A DNA stretch of 61,662 nt, counting the filler, from Hausera hauseri (taxonomy: Eukaryota): NCBI GenBank assembly GCA_046269625.1. It is 12 parts of 12 records of this genome, joined end to end, with 100 filler letters (N's around TTAATTAATTAA, not from the genome) between each part and the next. Parts side by side here need not be neighbours in the genome. Positions count along the whole stretch, not along the records: positions 5,439 to 12,717 come from JBJURY010025008.1; positions 12,818 to 17,048 come from JBJURY010687216.1; positions 17,149 to 21,455 come from JBJURY010645219.1; positions 21,556 to 25,912 come from JBJURY010619220.1; 8 more parts are not named here. One strand, 5' to 3'. Positions within the stretch are counted from its first letter, which is position 1. Each line of letters opens with the position of its first letter. Shown piece after piece: positions 11,520 through 24,392 of this stretch. A program made the translations under genes and the position numbers. The notes under the pieces were generated by a model. It saw only the letters and a list, made by a program, of their open reading frames with translations, was not told the origin of the DNA and searched no databases.

Positions 11520-12266
11520 CTATATTGACGAACTACTCGCACTATTGTTGGTGCTACTAATGAGAGTGGGAAACATAGATGTAACTGGCACATGTGAATT
11601 GGAATGTTCGTTGCTAGAGGAGTGGCAGTTAGATGGTAGTCTACCAGGACCGGTGACAATGTGACGTTTTGAAAGCATTTCACTTGCAACTTTAGAAATA
11701 GTTTTGTAAATACATGACAGTTGGTGTTTGTCGTATAGTAAATTCTTTCGTTGTGACCACATTTTTATGAGAATGTTTTGAAAGTCAGGAAATACTCCAA
11801 CGATTTCCATTTGAACTAAGGCGGCAGTGAGCAAAATCAATACTTCGCAAACAGAGGAACCGTTTATGCGTGAAATAGCAATTGGTTTTGTCATACTCCT
11901 TTGCGGACGATAATAGCCGCATAATTCAGTAGCAAATGATAGAAAATCTTTATTGGATTTCTGAAGTTTATTTTCGTCATTGTTTACTTGAAAATGCCGT
12001 ACACTCTTTGACTGCTTAGTTTTTATGTTTCGCACAAAGTTGCTGTCTCGATGTTCCAACAATAATTCCAACAAAAACAATTTATAATTCTTTTCTTTTC
12101 CAACATCGTTTTGAATTACATCTGCTAGATGAAATCCAGATTTCAAAGTAGCAATTTTTGGATCTAATCTGTACGACTTTGGTTGCAAGCTCGGATAACA
12201 TACAATGATTTTTCTTACGTCAACTCGACCTTTCTCCAACAATATTTTAATTTCCTTGAATTCCAT
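11520..12266 (-). CDS. Hypothetical protein fragment (248 aa)
   Basis: ATG-initiated ORF with no recognised domain. Confidence 0.3.
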   Translation of the reverse strand: MEFKEIKILLEKGRVDVRKIIVCYPSLQPKSYRLDPKIATLKSGFHLADVIQNDVGKEKNYKLFLLELLLEHRDSNFVRNIKTKQSKSVRHFQVNNDENKLQKSNKDFLSFATELCGYYRPQRSMTKPIAISRINGSSVCEVLILLTAALVQMEIVGVFPDFQNILIKMWSQRKNLLYDKHQLSCIYKTISKVASEMLSKRHIVTGPGRLPSNCHSSSNEHSNSHVPVTSMFPTLISSTNNSASSSSI

Positions 12267-12817
12267 TTTCGCAAATCTTTAAAAAGCAGCAACGCCAAAT
12301 AATTTCCAACATTTTTCTTACAAATACTTATACATCTGTATTCTAATTTCAAAGTCAACATCTAATGAATAAATATGATAATATTCCTGATCAGTTAATA
12401 GTACGATTTTCTTTAAGCGTCTTTTTATAAGTCTTATTAGCCATTCTTTTAAACGATTCTTAACATCATATTTGGTTCTTATTTTCTGGCTCTTTGGATT
12501 TATAAAATTTTTTGAATTTTGATGAGGTACGTATTATGTTAATGTCTTCATCAAGTAATCTTTTTGATTCGAGATCAATTACGTTTTCAAATTCACCTTG
12601 GTCATTTAAGTCAGATGTATGGCTGACAGTATCTTTTGCCATTTCATGAATAATCGAGGATAAACAATCTGTAACAATATCATATTCGATTGAGTTTATG
12701 AAGCTCTTTTCGATACTNNNNNNNNNNNNNNNNNNNNNNNNNNNNNNNNNNNNNNNNNNNNTTAATTAATTAANNNNNNNNNNNNNNNNNNNNNNNNNNN
12801 NNNNNNNNNNNNNNNNN

Positions 12818-14420
12818 TTCCGGATTACTCAACTAGTCAGTCGGGTTCCAACATCCCATTTAGCTTGGTATCGAGTATCATCTACTACGGAGGCCATGAC
12901 ACGATTTAATTCATGTGTTCATTGTTGTGGAAAAGCAAAAAATTGCCTAAATGCTTCAATTTTCTTTGGTCTATATATACCTTTCGATGAGGTATCTTGA
13001 AACTTATCATCTGTTATTCCTTTTACTAGGTTAGTCCCTGTCAGCTTAATTGGAGTTGCAGTAATGCCTCCATTTGGCAAACTTACCCAATCTGTTTCAC
13101 TTCGTCTGAACATAGGTTCCCCTAAATTTGCGTTAAAATATTTAAAGATTGTTGGCTGCGTCACCCTGGTAAGTAGCATAGCCAATCGAGGGATATTTTG
13201 GTATATAACTGGAGGTTCTTGTATGCATCGTTTTCTTCTACATTGATTGACACATCTTTTCTCTCACATTCGTAAGTCAACAAGACTTTGCCAGTAACTC
13301 GACCGAAAATTCCTTCTCTCGTAGGAATTATTGGTGATGCTAACTCAGGGTTAGCATAAATGAGAGCCAATTTTGTTCTCATAATCTCCATATCCAATTT
13401 ACAATCGTTTGTTACCATCTCGTGGTATAGTTCGGCTATTCCAACTTGTCCTTTATGATAGAATTAGTCATCTCGATTCTTCAAGTAATCTTCAATACGA
13501 ATATCCTGCATCTCTAATTTGTAAATCTTCGCGCTTATCTTCGTGTCTGCGACGAAAAATTAGTGGCAAACATTACTACTTCGCAAAGGGAGATCATTTC
13601 TTTCTTAATAAACTTAAATCCATGAGGTCGGAAATTAATATAGTCGTCGTAGAGTGTTCAGCTACGTCTTCGCGCGTTTTTGATTTACTGTCGGACTTAT
13701 CCACATATCGCTTTCAGGTTGTTTCATTAAATTTCAATTCTGTGATTTTAATGAAATTACAATTCTTTCCCGCAGGAGGTTCCCATATTATAACCAAACT
13801 TCTGAAGGCACATGTTACATCTTGTAAATGACATCTTTGATTTTCTGTATATAGTTTAGTGACGCTATGAAACATAACTTTCTGTACTCGCAATTCCGAT
13901 TCGTAGAAGTCCACGACCACTACGTTCGATTCCAATCCTTTCCCGGTGTCGTACTCTGCTTCATTACAGTTCCCATTATGCATATTTTATCTTCCAGCCA
14001 CTATATGTTCTAATAATCTTTCCTGATTGCATTTCCAGTTCCATACTATCCCATTTTACTCTTCCTGTTTCTCTCGCTTGTTTACAATGTTGACGTTCTA
14101 GGCTCATTGGAATTAAGGGAGTTGTCGGCTTGATTATCAACGAATGTCCGTGTATCAATCCACAATAGAAAATGCTATGTGATCGCCGTAATATACATTT
14201 TATTCCATCCAGTGAGATTAGTTCTTGTTGTTGGTACAGGAAATAACATTTCCCTATTGTTTCCAATTTGTGCGGTCTAGCGTCTTCACATGCCTCTAAG
14301 TCCATTAAGGAATATTTCTGACCAATCTTAAATCTATCGCAATCGTATACGGCAACTGCTCCCATTTGTTTCACCAACACCATTAGAGTTAAAAAATTGA
14401 TCAACCAGCTCGATTCATTG
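12818..14420 (-). pseudogene. Chuvirus-like (Jingchuvirales-type) envelope glycoprotein, disrupted and truncated by the contig end
   Basis: Hydrophobic signal-like segment, then AVYDC...YSLMDLEAC...CILRRSHSIFYCGLIHGHS...C; WEPPAGKNC; CKLDMEIMRTKLALIYANPE...GKVLLTYEC; KGIYRPKKIEAFRQFFAFP. The Cys spacing and the YDC, YCG-x2-H, GIY and FP motifs match the chuvirus G family as I recall it. Confidence 0.75.
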
Positions 14421-17048
14421 CTTCTATTCGGGGTTGTTGCGGATAAATTTCGTATAACATCCTCAAACCTGTCGCTACTACTTGTAAGCAGTCTATTGCC
14501 ATCTTTTTTATCAAATATTTTTGCCCAGCTTATCTCACTGGGCAGCTTCCTAGCTGCTTTCCTAGCTGAGCTAATTGCCCTATTAAATTCATTATCCCGT
14601 GATAGATTTGTTTTTATTGCTAAATATAACAATATTTTCCTTAGTTCTTCCACTGCATTTTCCACCGTAATTTTCTCAATTAGTGTTTCGTCGGACAAGG
14701 TACTTTTAGACATTTTAAATCGAAAAGTTTTCATCATTCTCGCTGCCTCATATATTGCTTTTTCTTTAGGATCTAGTATATCGCCTTGAAGTCCAGTATA
14801 GTTTACTATTCGTATTAAGTCTTTCATCAGTTCGGTTAACTCTTCATTATCCGAACTTGGTGTCCGTATTGGCATTTTTCTTAACTCCCTAATAAGATTG
14901 GTATTATGATCTATTTCTTCACGTATTCTCCTCGGTCTTCTGACCGGTCGTTTGTGATTCGGAGGCATTGTCTTACTTATTAACATTAAATTTTTGTCGT
15001 ATTGTTCTTGGTCTACATCCGTCTGCAAATATTCAAAATATAAGGCAGCGTCTCGAATTCCCATGACTCGTCCAACACAATGTTCCGTTTAGCTATTCTC
15101 ATGGCTTCATCTTTAGTCTGCTCATTAGTAATTACGGCTATTATTCGATTTGTTTCGTCCGGTATAATCCCTGCATCTATCAAGAATTCCGGTTCGTCTA
15201 ATATTCTACCCCTAAAATATAATCGATAATTTACTTCGCTTCTCTCACTATTATCTATCCACCACTGTTTTATATCCTTAACCGTCGTTGATGTCGTACA
15301 TTGACATTCCTTTTCTTCCATTCCCTCAGATGATATTTTTACTTTATTTTTACTTCGAGCTCTTTCTCGAATTTCTTTCAATCGTGGTTGTATTTCTTTC
15401 ATTTGGTTGGTTCTAAAATTAACCCCATTTCCGCAAGCATGTTGTATCATTTTCATCAGTTCAAATAGCTCGTCCGATTGAATCAGCCTCTTTTCTTGAT
15501 AGCCGGTTAACTCTAATTGCGTCTCTTTGCCACCTTCGTGCGCATTCCAGTTGATTGTCCAGCTCGTATTCGGCGAAAACGTATTTATCTCAAACTTTTT
15601 AATTCTCTAACCAGCTCATTCAGCTCCGTTGCTCTTGACTTCGTACATATTCGAGATTCTTCGATATGTCGTAGTCTAGCAATTAGCTGTCTCATCTTCT
15701 GGTCGTTGATTTCTGCCATTTCTACTACTAATAATATTAGCTTGTGCACCTCTTCCAGGATTTTGGAGTTCGGGCGGATTTCATCGATTAATATATTTAT
15801 GAATTTGGCTTCCTCGGAAGAGAGTTGATGGTCACTTCTTATCTCGGTCAGTTCTGCATGCCAATTTTGGTCAGATCCTTGCATTCATTCATGTGGGTTA
15901 TGTAAAAAATTCAGTATTCCACTTAATGAAACTCTGTAGTCGGCACAGATGTCCAATTTTTCTATTTCCTGTATGGTAATTTCGTTTATAGGCTTTTCCG
16001 TCAATTGTTTGATTCCTTCCAATCGAATGTTTTTTAATCTGGGAAAAATATTACATGCCATGTCTCGTTTTAACTGAAAATCCGTCTCTTCGATCACTTT
16101 ATATATGTCTTTCAGTATCGTCAGTTCCTGATTTCGGCTCATAAATTTTAGCTGTCTCATCGAATTCAATTGAGTTCAAATCTCAATTTCGATTTGCATG
16201 ATTTCGACATTTCGTAAAATTTCTTCCAACTGCTGCTTTATTATTGGTTCGTTCCTTGAAAATTCCTTTAAGCGGTGATCTGTTACCCTAACCAACCTTG
16301 TTAACAATCTTGACCATTCTCTCAGTTGATTGTCTATTGCCGCTTTTGCATATATTGCCTCGTCTAACATCTTATAGCCATCCTTTAGCTTGTGATCGGA
16401 GCCTTTTATATAATCCATTATTTGTTTAATGTAATGGAATTCACTTTTATATTCGTCAAATTCTAAGTGGCAAGCTTTTATCACATTCTGCGTCTCCTCG
16501 TTGTCTATATGGACTATTACATTTTTCAATCTACCAGTTTCTGACCGTTTTTCATTTTCTACTTTTATGCGAACTTCTATATTCGCGTGTAATTTTGGTG
16601 CGGTAAACGCGATTTTGAACATCTCCATTAATTTAGGAACATCTGTTGGGTCTACGCACAATAGTCTTAATTGATTCTCGTCTCGTTCGTTCATTGGTTT
16701 TTGTTTAATATAGGATGTCATTACTTCTCCTATGTCGATCATCAGTCTATTTAAATTCTGTTTTGCTCGCTTGAGCTTTGAGTCTGTCTCTAACGTTTTT
16801 AATAACTTCTGAGCTTGCACCATCTTAGCTTCTATCTTTTCTTCATTCTGGCCATATATCTTCGACAGTTTAATTCCACTTTTTATCCAAGAGTTTAGTG
16901 TTTGTTTCCATTTTTCTAATAGTTCTTGTGGTGTCTCTTCTGATTCGTGCGAATCGCTTTGCTTTTTTGGTCTTCTTTTACTTAATTCCTTGTACATTCG
17001 TTCCGCGAACTGCTGTTCCTTGCCCGAGATGTCTATTTGCTCGGTTAT
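14421..17048 (-). pseudogene. Long N-terminal part of the same env-like polyprotein (helical/coiled-coil region plus an internal ubiquitin-like domain)
   Basis: ORFs 16176-16997, 15885-16169 and 15585-15884 are in one frame, separated by single TGA codons. Frameshifts then link to 15013-15456 and 13976-15064, and the latter runs directly into G. Confidence 0.6.
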
Positions 17049-18094
17049 NNNNNNNNNNNNNNNNNNNNNNNNNNNNNNNNNNNNNNNNNNNNTTAATTAA
17101 TTAANNNNNNNNNNNNNNNNNNNNNNNNNNNNNNNNNNNNNNNNNNNNGATGCAAGGTCTTGGCCAGTTTGTTGGTGCCTGGCCCTGACGAGATCGCGAA
17201 GCGATCTCACTTCTCACCGTCCCGTGATGTCATTTATGTACACAAAGAAAAGTGTGAGTGACAGTAGCCCCTCCCCCCCCCCCGTGAGACACCCTGTTCC
17301 AATGTCATCTTCTTGCTAGTCTGGCCCTGCACCTGTACTCTAGCAGTCCTATTCTCTAGGTAGTGGCTGATCCATTTGTTACGGAACCGTGAAACGAATT
17401 TAAAAATTGGTACTGGAGTCTTACGAGAATTGCGAAAAAGACAAAAACGACTGAGTTAGGACCAATAAGGTCTTTCTCAGGCACATCTAACACAGAAAAC
17501 GCGACAGACAACACACACTACAACTACATCGAGGGCGTAAGAAAGAGTCACATGGTAGATAAGTAAGACTCTGTTTCTGCGCAGTTTGATTTGACCTTCA
17601 GTCCATAATTCCGTAGCTTATCAAATGCTTTTTCAAGATCCACCTAGGCTGTAAGTGTGAGAGAATGTTTAAATCACAGAAATCCGTCTCTGGTGCTAGG
17701 AGTTAGTTTTAAATCCAGTCCAAAGCAATGGAGACTTTTTTTTTCCCTTCTGGATGCTCTGGTAAAGCTTTTCCCCCGAACTATAGGTAGTGAGTTTTGA
17801 CATCAGTGTACATAGTCGTGCACGTTAAAAATCCTTATGCAGTCGGAATTAAAAAATCGGAGTAGTTCTAATGGCTGTTTCCGGGATACTCCCACACAAT
17901 CCTCACTGCTTGTATTATATATATATCATGAGAATGTCACAATTATAAACACTCTCGTCCAACGCCGCACCCCTCTGTTTCACACTGCCACAGTTCCAAT
18001 ACTCAATGTTTAGATTCTTCAGCCTCTGCTTGTTCCGGATTTTCGTTTGCCTCCTCCCCTTCGCCATTTACCTTCTCTATGTCCTGGCTTTCTT

Positions 18095-18340
18095 GCAAAC
18101 CATCTAGGCACTTCATTCCTTGTCGTCCACTACTTCTATTTCCTGGTATTTTGCCTGTGGTGTCCAAGTTCTCCAGACATTGTCTTTTTCAAATATGGCC
18201 AATCATAGATGTTTGTCTCTTTCTGATTTTACTGATAAGGATTCCTTCTGTATCTGCTTCTTGTAACACATCTTCATTTGTTCTCTTTGCTGTCCGAGTG
18301 ATTTTCAACATTCTTCTGAAAAACCATAATCTCCTGTCAA
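18095..18340 (-). mobile_element. RTE-like LINE ORF2 C-terminal fragment
   Basis: LWFFRRMLKITRTAKRTNEDVLQEA...IRKRQTSMIGHI...TTGKIPGNRSSGRQ, the typical RTE C-terminal region. Confidence 0.75.
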
Positions 18341-19284
18341 AAATAATAATTACTCTGAATGGTTGAATGTACAGGCAAAGGTACCTCGTTTCCCCCAAAT
18401 AATCTGCCGAGATGTTATTATGACTACTAATATGACTAATGATATTTATATGAAGGAAGTACAAACATTCACGACACATTCGAAAATTTGTCAAAGTAGC
18501 TGTCTATATTTTGTTTAAATCTATCTGAATGTCAGTGGTGTTTGTCAGTGCTTGCCTCCGCTCGACAGTCCGTTCATTCGTCCATCTTTCTACCTTTTCG
18601 TATCTGTTTATCTGTCACAATTAACAAGGTAAGACATGTCTTTATCTCACCGAAGAACGTACAGAAAGATCGCAAGTCTCAGAAATCACACTTAACTGCG
18701 GATTTTAAACTCGAATGTAAAATCGATTTCACTTTACTTCTCAGAAACTTGGAAGAACACAGGTATAAACAAAAGCTTCAGACAAACACTCGGAATGAGA
18801 TGGGCAGACACTATTTTAAACGAAAGCCTACAACAAATGACAAGACAAGACACAATCGTGAACAGCGACAGAACAAGGAAAAAACATTGCCAGACATGTT
18901 TTACAATGAGGGAAACCCCCTTCCCACCCCCCACCCCCCCATACCCGACATGCAAGCACAGAGGAGTGCTATGAGGTCAGCAACAACATGGAGGCGAAAA
19001 CGTGACAAAGAATACGAATACACCATGGAACGAGCTAAAATCATAGCATCGCCAGAAATAAAGATATACACAGAGTGCCCTATGCTCCGACAATGGAATT
19101 AACAGAAATTAGTTAGCATTAGTAGTGCAGGAAAAACAATAAAAAGGAATGTTTGTCCCAGAGTTTCTGGGTCCTAAGTACAATATTTAGTTTCTATTTT
19201 CTATTTCATTTTAAAGAACGCGGAGAGACAGAGATGTCACCAAGAGCTGGCCGTTTGTATTTGTCATTTTCATTGTCTACATTA

Positions 19285-19520
19285 GATAGTGGCCGAGTAG
19301 TTAGTGCACTCGGATGCAGAGTCTAGCGGCGCGGATTCAATTCCGGCCGCCTGACCTCAGGTTTAACCAACCTGAAATGGGCACCAGGATAAAAATCTGG
19401 GAAATAAATGCAGCGAAAAAGGTGGTGGCTTCCCTACTCATAAAGCTGAAGCCTAGAAAAATGAAAGCACTAACACTTCATTCCCCTACGGAATTCATAT
19501 TGCTACGGGACAAAGGGCAC
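19285..19520 (+). mobile_element. tRNA-derived SINE-like element (3' boundary approximate)
   Basis: A-box-like TGGCCGAGTAG (19290) and B-box-like GGATTCAATTCC (19333) without a proper cloverleaf. Confidence 0.5.
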
Positions 19521-19989
19521 TAGATATAGGATACCTCCAATAGTTTTACGCTCAAAGGATGACTGAAAAAAGGTAACGATCTAACACAATACTGTATTCT
19601 TTTCCCCGACATAAGCGAATTTTACACCTCTTACTGTGCAACAGTACGAACTAAATAGTACGTTTTGGATCCATCCCAAACGGTGTTTTCGCGAGCAGTG
19701 TTTTTCAAATGTTTTATTTCCACGGAATTTCATTATGTTTTGTTAATTTACTGCCCTACTGAATACTGAGTGGGAGCGGCCCACAGCCGACCCGAATACA
19801 AAGTGCCAGGGCTGACGAATCAAAGTCTGCCAAAATCCTCTACCCACGTCTAAGTCTAGGCTACGGTAGGATAACATACCGGCAAATGGGCAGATGCTCT
19901 GGATGGTCCCCAAGTGAGTGGTAGATCACTTCTAGGAGGCGATAATGTGAGATGATTCACATCGATATTGTTAGTTAGTCTTTACTCTT

Positions 19990-20230
19990 GGGCCAAATTT
20001 GGCTCACAAGGCAGAGAGCGTTGTCTTCCATACTTGTCGGTTGGCCGCTATAAGATGTAGATTTTGTATAGGGCCCAAGTTCATGCTTACACATTCTCGT
20101 GTAAAGGTTCTTTTCAATGTATCTCTTGGTCTTCCTCTTTTTCTTTTCCCTGTTGGTGTCCATCGTAGAGTTTTATTTGGCAGTCTGTTACTTGTCATTC
20201 TTAACGCATGGCAAAAATACTTCCAGCGAG
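19990..20230 (-). mobile_element. RTE/RTE-X-like LINE C-terminal fragment
   Basis: RWKYFCHALRM...RLPNKTLRWTPTGKRKRGRPRDT...AANRQVWKTTLSAL. Confidence 0.8.
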
Positions 20231-20389
20231 GGCACATGGATAGTGTGCAAGAGTCCAAATTAAGGGACATAACTAAACCACTTCTAGCGTGACCTCAGAG
20301 ATTAAGTGTGAGACTGCACAGCTTACATTAAGTATAATTAAAAACCTAACGAAAGCGATAAATCCCGGCTATAAAAGGAACACCACTCA

Positions 20390-20655
20390 CGCCTTAAAGG
20401 TGTATAAGGGAACGTGGAATTAGTGTCCACATGTTTCATTGACCAATGGCACATAATTGGGCTTGTGATCTGTGATCAGCATAACGCCAGATCGCCTTTA
20501 TTTTCCCAGAGAATTTCTCTGGCATCCAATTTCTTAAGGCTGGGTGGACCACTGGAGCCGTTTTGGTCCGAATACCTTAACCCGCAACAACTGGGATCGA
20601 ACCCTCGACCACATGATCGAAAGCGAGCGCACTAAGCACTTCCCCCCATCGCGGC
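20390..20655 (-). mobile_element. tRNA-derived SINE-like element (boundaries approximate)
   Basis: Minus strand has a tRNA-like head GTGCTTAGTGCGCTCGC...GGTTCGATCCC (B box at 20593-20603). Confidence 0.45.
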
Positions 20656-20974
20656 TCCTCATCCCGGCTAGAGCTCAACTAAATATGTCAACTGCGAATT
20701 GTTAAAAAGCATCTGTAATTATATGCCAGACATACCCAGAGTTCGTGAAGATAATAATTAAACTACTGGTATCCGATAAAAACAATATCTTATATCAACA
20801 GTGATATTTATCAGAACAGAAAACTAGTTATTGTTATAGTTTACTGACTGTGCAATGAAGTGTTAGAAAGACATCGTTAAGGGAAGAATCGTTAAAGAGG
20901 ACAGTGGCTTTTGCAGTGACTACTTGTAGTACATAAGAGACAAACATCTATGATTGGCCATGTTTTAAGAAGAG

Positions 20975-21355
20975 AAGATCTGAAGCAAGTTTTTTCATGA
21001 TTGTCATGAATAGTTTTTCTCGTCTTTGGTTCTTCTCGATCTGGGCTTTCCACGTTTGACGGCGATCAAAAATTATGCCTAGATAGTTTGGATTCTTCTC
21101 CTGGCACAGGTATTTCCCACTGAGCATTATTAAACAGCTCTGTTGTTTATTTGAGATGAAGAATACTGTGTAGGCGGGTTTTGTTATCATTTATTTTGAT
21201 CAACCATGTTTTGGACCACTTGTCTAAAGAGGTTAGCGTCTGCTGCGTTCGATTGCTTGCTACGCTGAAATTTTCTTCAGAGATCCAGGTTTCCAAGTCG
21301 TCTGCGTACAAGGAGTAATGTGATCTCACTGGGGTGTTTTCTGTGATGTCATTTG
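20975..21355 (-). mobile_element. Non-LTR retrotransposon reverse-transcriptase fragment (I/Jockey-like)
   Basis: SLYADDLETW (RT active site), LDKWSKTWLIKIN, PNYLGIIFDRRQTWK...MKKLA. Confidence 0.8.
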
Positions 21356-21555
21356 TTGATGTTGTTGATCTCCTCATGGATGAGCGTCAGCTCTTGTTGA
21401 TGGGCCCTGAGCAAGGGCCGTGGCCCTAAAAAGGACCACAGGAGTGGTTTTGTTGNNNNNNNNNNNNNNNNNNNNNNNNNNNNNNNNNNNNNNNNNNNNT
21501 TAATTAATTAANNNNNNNNNNNNNNNNNNNNNNNNNNNNNNNNNNNNNNNNNNNN

Positions 21556-22715
21556 TGCCAAGTTCGTCTGGCTAAAGAATCAGACGCCGTGTGATTTTCA
21601 ACCTTAGTATCTTGGCCCTTACAAAGTATTTCGTTTACACTCTCGCAACATCATCATTCTCAAGGACGACAAAGAAGTAACAGTCCGCATCAACAACGCT
21701 AAGCCGGCTTTCTTCATTGACAACACGTCTCCCATTGAAACCACTTCTCCATCAACATCTTTACACCACGCGCAGCAATCCAACAATTCACCTTTCATCT
21801 CCGCTCAATTCTTCAACCCACTTTCATATACGTTTTCTCACAAGATTTCTACTTCCATTTTTTCTGACAGGTCATCTTTTTCCTCATCCGATTTTGCACC
21901 TTCAAGCTTTTCCACACCTCTTGCATCCCCTGAAAACAACCTGCATTCTCTTCTTACAATACCTCCTCCATCAAACACCACTTCGATTTCACCAATTTCT
22001 CCATCCACCCATTTCATCATTCCAGCCTCTTGCATACCACCTTCCAACTACTTTCCTTCTCCTTCTCCATCTTCTTGCTCTTTTACGCTTTGTCCCTCTT
22101 CGTCGTCTTTTCTCTCTCTCTTTCTCCTTCCACATTTTCCTCAGCTTCGGCGCTTTCGTCCTTCCTTTCTCTTTACACATCGCCTTCTACCCCTTTCATT
22201 TTCGCTTCGCAACTTCGCCTCTTTTTTCTTCAATCTGTATCTCTTTTCCTCTCTCCACACCACCTTTGTGTCATCTTCCACTTCCACTCTTTCGCCTTAT
22301 ACAATTCCAACTTCTACTCCACTAATCATCACTCATTTTTCATCTGCAACTACACCATTTATCGTTCCTTCGTCTTCTAACACTCTCTTGAATACCTTTA
22401 ACCATCCATCTTCGGCAATCTCTCTTTTTCCTTCACCTTCTTACTCTTTTTATTCTGACTCATCTTCGCACGACACAACACTTACAACAAAATCCGACAA
22501 TTTTTCCCCAACTTCAAGCTCTGCAAGCAAACACACAGCATAAAGACAAAACACGCAGAGTCATATTTAGCAAGTATAGCAGGGAAAAATCAGTAGAAGG
22601 CACCCAACGTCTTGTTCACACTAAGACCAACTGACACACACGCATTTTCGTTTAACGATTTTTTTTTCCGTCTGTTTTAATCTTCATAGTTTTCACTTTG
22701 CCACTGGGGGAATGA
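21556..22715 (+). mobile_element. Gypsy 3' end: integrase C-terminus, long S/T/P-rich tail, terminal peptide, PPT
   Basis: AKFVWLKNQTPCDFQP*YLGPYKV...VRINNAKPAFF matches the copy near 6340-6490. The tail ends RRVIFSKYSREKSVEGTQRLVHTKTN* (22554-22634). PPT GGGGGAATGA at 22706-22715. Confidence 0.9.
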
Positions 22716-22915
22716 TGTGGTGCCCACAGCGGCCGGTGCCCTTTGGCCCATTTGGTTGAACACGGCCGGGAGTCCATTGCCGCCGTGTCGGGCCATTAGG
22801 CGGGCCCCCAATCTTTTGCCTCGAAAGAATTCAAAGAACTACAACAAAATGGCCCGACATTCATGTTCGGATTTTATCTGCAGACGTATTAGTACATTTT
22901 GTATTTACGAATCGA
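22716..22915 (+). repeat. LTR 5' terminus (TGTGGTGCCCACAGCGGCC...)
   Basis: Begins with TG immediately after the PPT. About 200 bp aligns with 26932-27130, and the first ~100-120 bp with 52672 and 59017(-). Confidence 0.88.
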
Positions 22916-23553
22916 TTACATTTCAGTCAGTAAAAGTTTATGATTGAAGTTTACAATGAATTCAAAACCCATGTTTTCGTCTATTCTCATATTTTAAAGT
23001 TACTAAAAAACGAAGTAACAAACGCTTACAAAATTCAATCTTTTCCCATATTGAAAACATCTTACAGAAAATTATATCATTTATTTACTGTTTTCGACAA
23101 CAGAAATTCTCTGGTTGAAAATTTCAAATCCAGAAATTTGAAAAGTATTAAAGGAAAGAAGTCCAAGAATATTAACACAACAAATTCTATCAAACAAATA
23201 CGATCTAAAAACGACGTTTCTAAACTTTCCAAATGTGTCAAAAGAAACTCAAAATCGTGCGTTTCTTCGAGGAAACATCTAAATGAAATTAATGAATCCA
23301 GCAATATTCTGAACAAATTAACCGAACAGGCCCTTTCAACATAAAACAACAATGCTAATATTCTAAACGGAAGATGCCCTAGAAGTTATTTCCCAAAATA
23401 TTCGATGCAGTGCACAGATATAAATACTTCCAACAAAAAAATCGGTTTATCCAATACTCAATAAAATACGATATAAATACAATTGTATTTTCTGCTGCTG
23501 ATAGTTGAGTTAAATCTTTTACTGTCAATTTAACTTTATTTAATTTATAAAAA

Positions 23554-24180
23554 ATGTCCAATGATGTTGAAATGCAAGAAACTAAAATTCTTCTTTTGAA
23601 TAAACTTTATGAAAACAGAGAGACGAAACCAACTGAGAAATTAAAAGAATTAGACGGTGTTATTAAAGATGAAAAATCACACGCTAAAGAAGCTGAATTT
23701 ACCGGCTTAACAAAAGAAGAATTGGTGAAGTTTTCCAAAGATCCATTCTGGCGAAAATTACGTATTGCGTTGTTTATTTTGTTTTGGATCATCTGGATTG
23801 GTATGTTGGTTGCCGCCATATTAGTTGTTATGTTTAATGCGAAATGTCCGAAAAGAAAAATCTAGAACTTTTGGCAGGAAAAAAACGGTTACTGGGTTGA
23901 CACTGTCATTTATTGATTCTAATTACGATCGAGTTGGAAATTTTAAAGGTTTAATGTCTAAATTAGATTACGTAGAAAAATATCTCAAAGCTGGTTATAT
24001 CATACTCGATCCGATATTTAAAGAACATTACACGATTGGTAACGATACTATCGGTTTAGTAACGAATTTCAGTGAAATTGATTTGATATTTTGATCAAGG
24101 GCCAATTTGACAAATTTGTTTAAAGAATGTCGAAAACGAGACTTTGAAGTGATTTTAGCAATCGATATCAATGGATTAGC
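23554..24180 (+). pseudogene. SLC3A-type amino-acid transporter heavy chain (4F2hc/rBAT-like), N-terminal part, disrupted
   Basis: FTGLTKEELVKFSKDPFWRKLRIALFILFWIIWIGMLVAAILVV...AKCP (SLC3A2_N signature plus TM), then the amylase-like SFIDSNYDRVGNFKGLMSKLDY. Contains a stop and a frameshift. Confidence 0.88.
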
Positions 24181-24392
24181 AAAAGATAGTAACATATTTA
24201 CGGATATTGCCAATATTGCTGTGAAATTAAGTTCGGCAACAAATTGTAATTTTGTTTAAATATTCAATGAAGAATTTAGCGACTTTTGAAATTGAATTTT
24301 TAATTCGCCATTTTTTTGCTAAACGATTTACACGAATTTTGAAGGATATTAAATAGAGTTTTGATTGTTATTTGTTCTTTAAATGTTAGACT

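Noticed and set aside
19285-19360. tRNA gene
   Set aside because: A/B boxes are present but I could not build acceptor and anticodon stems; treated as a SINE head.
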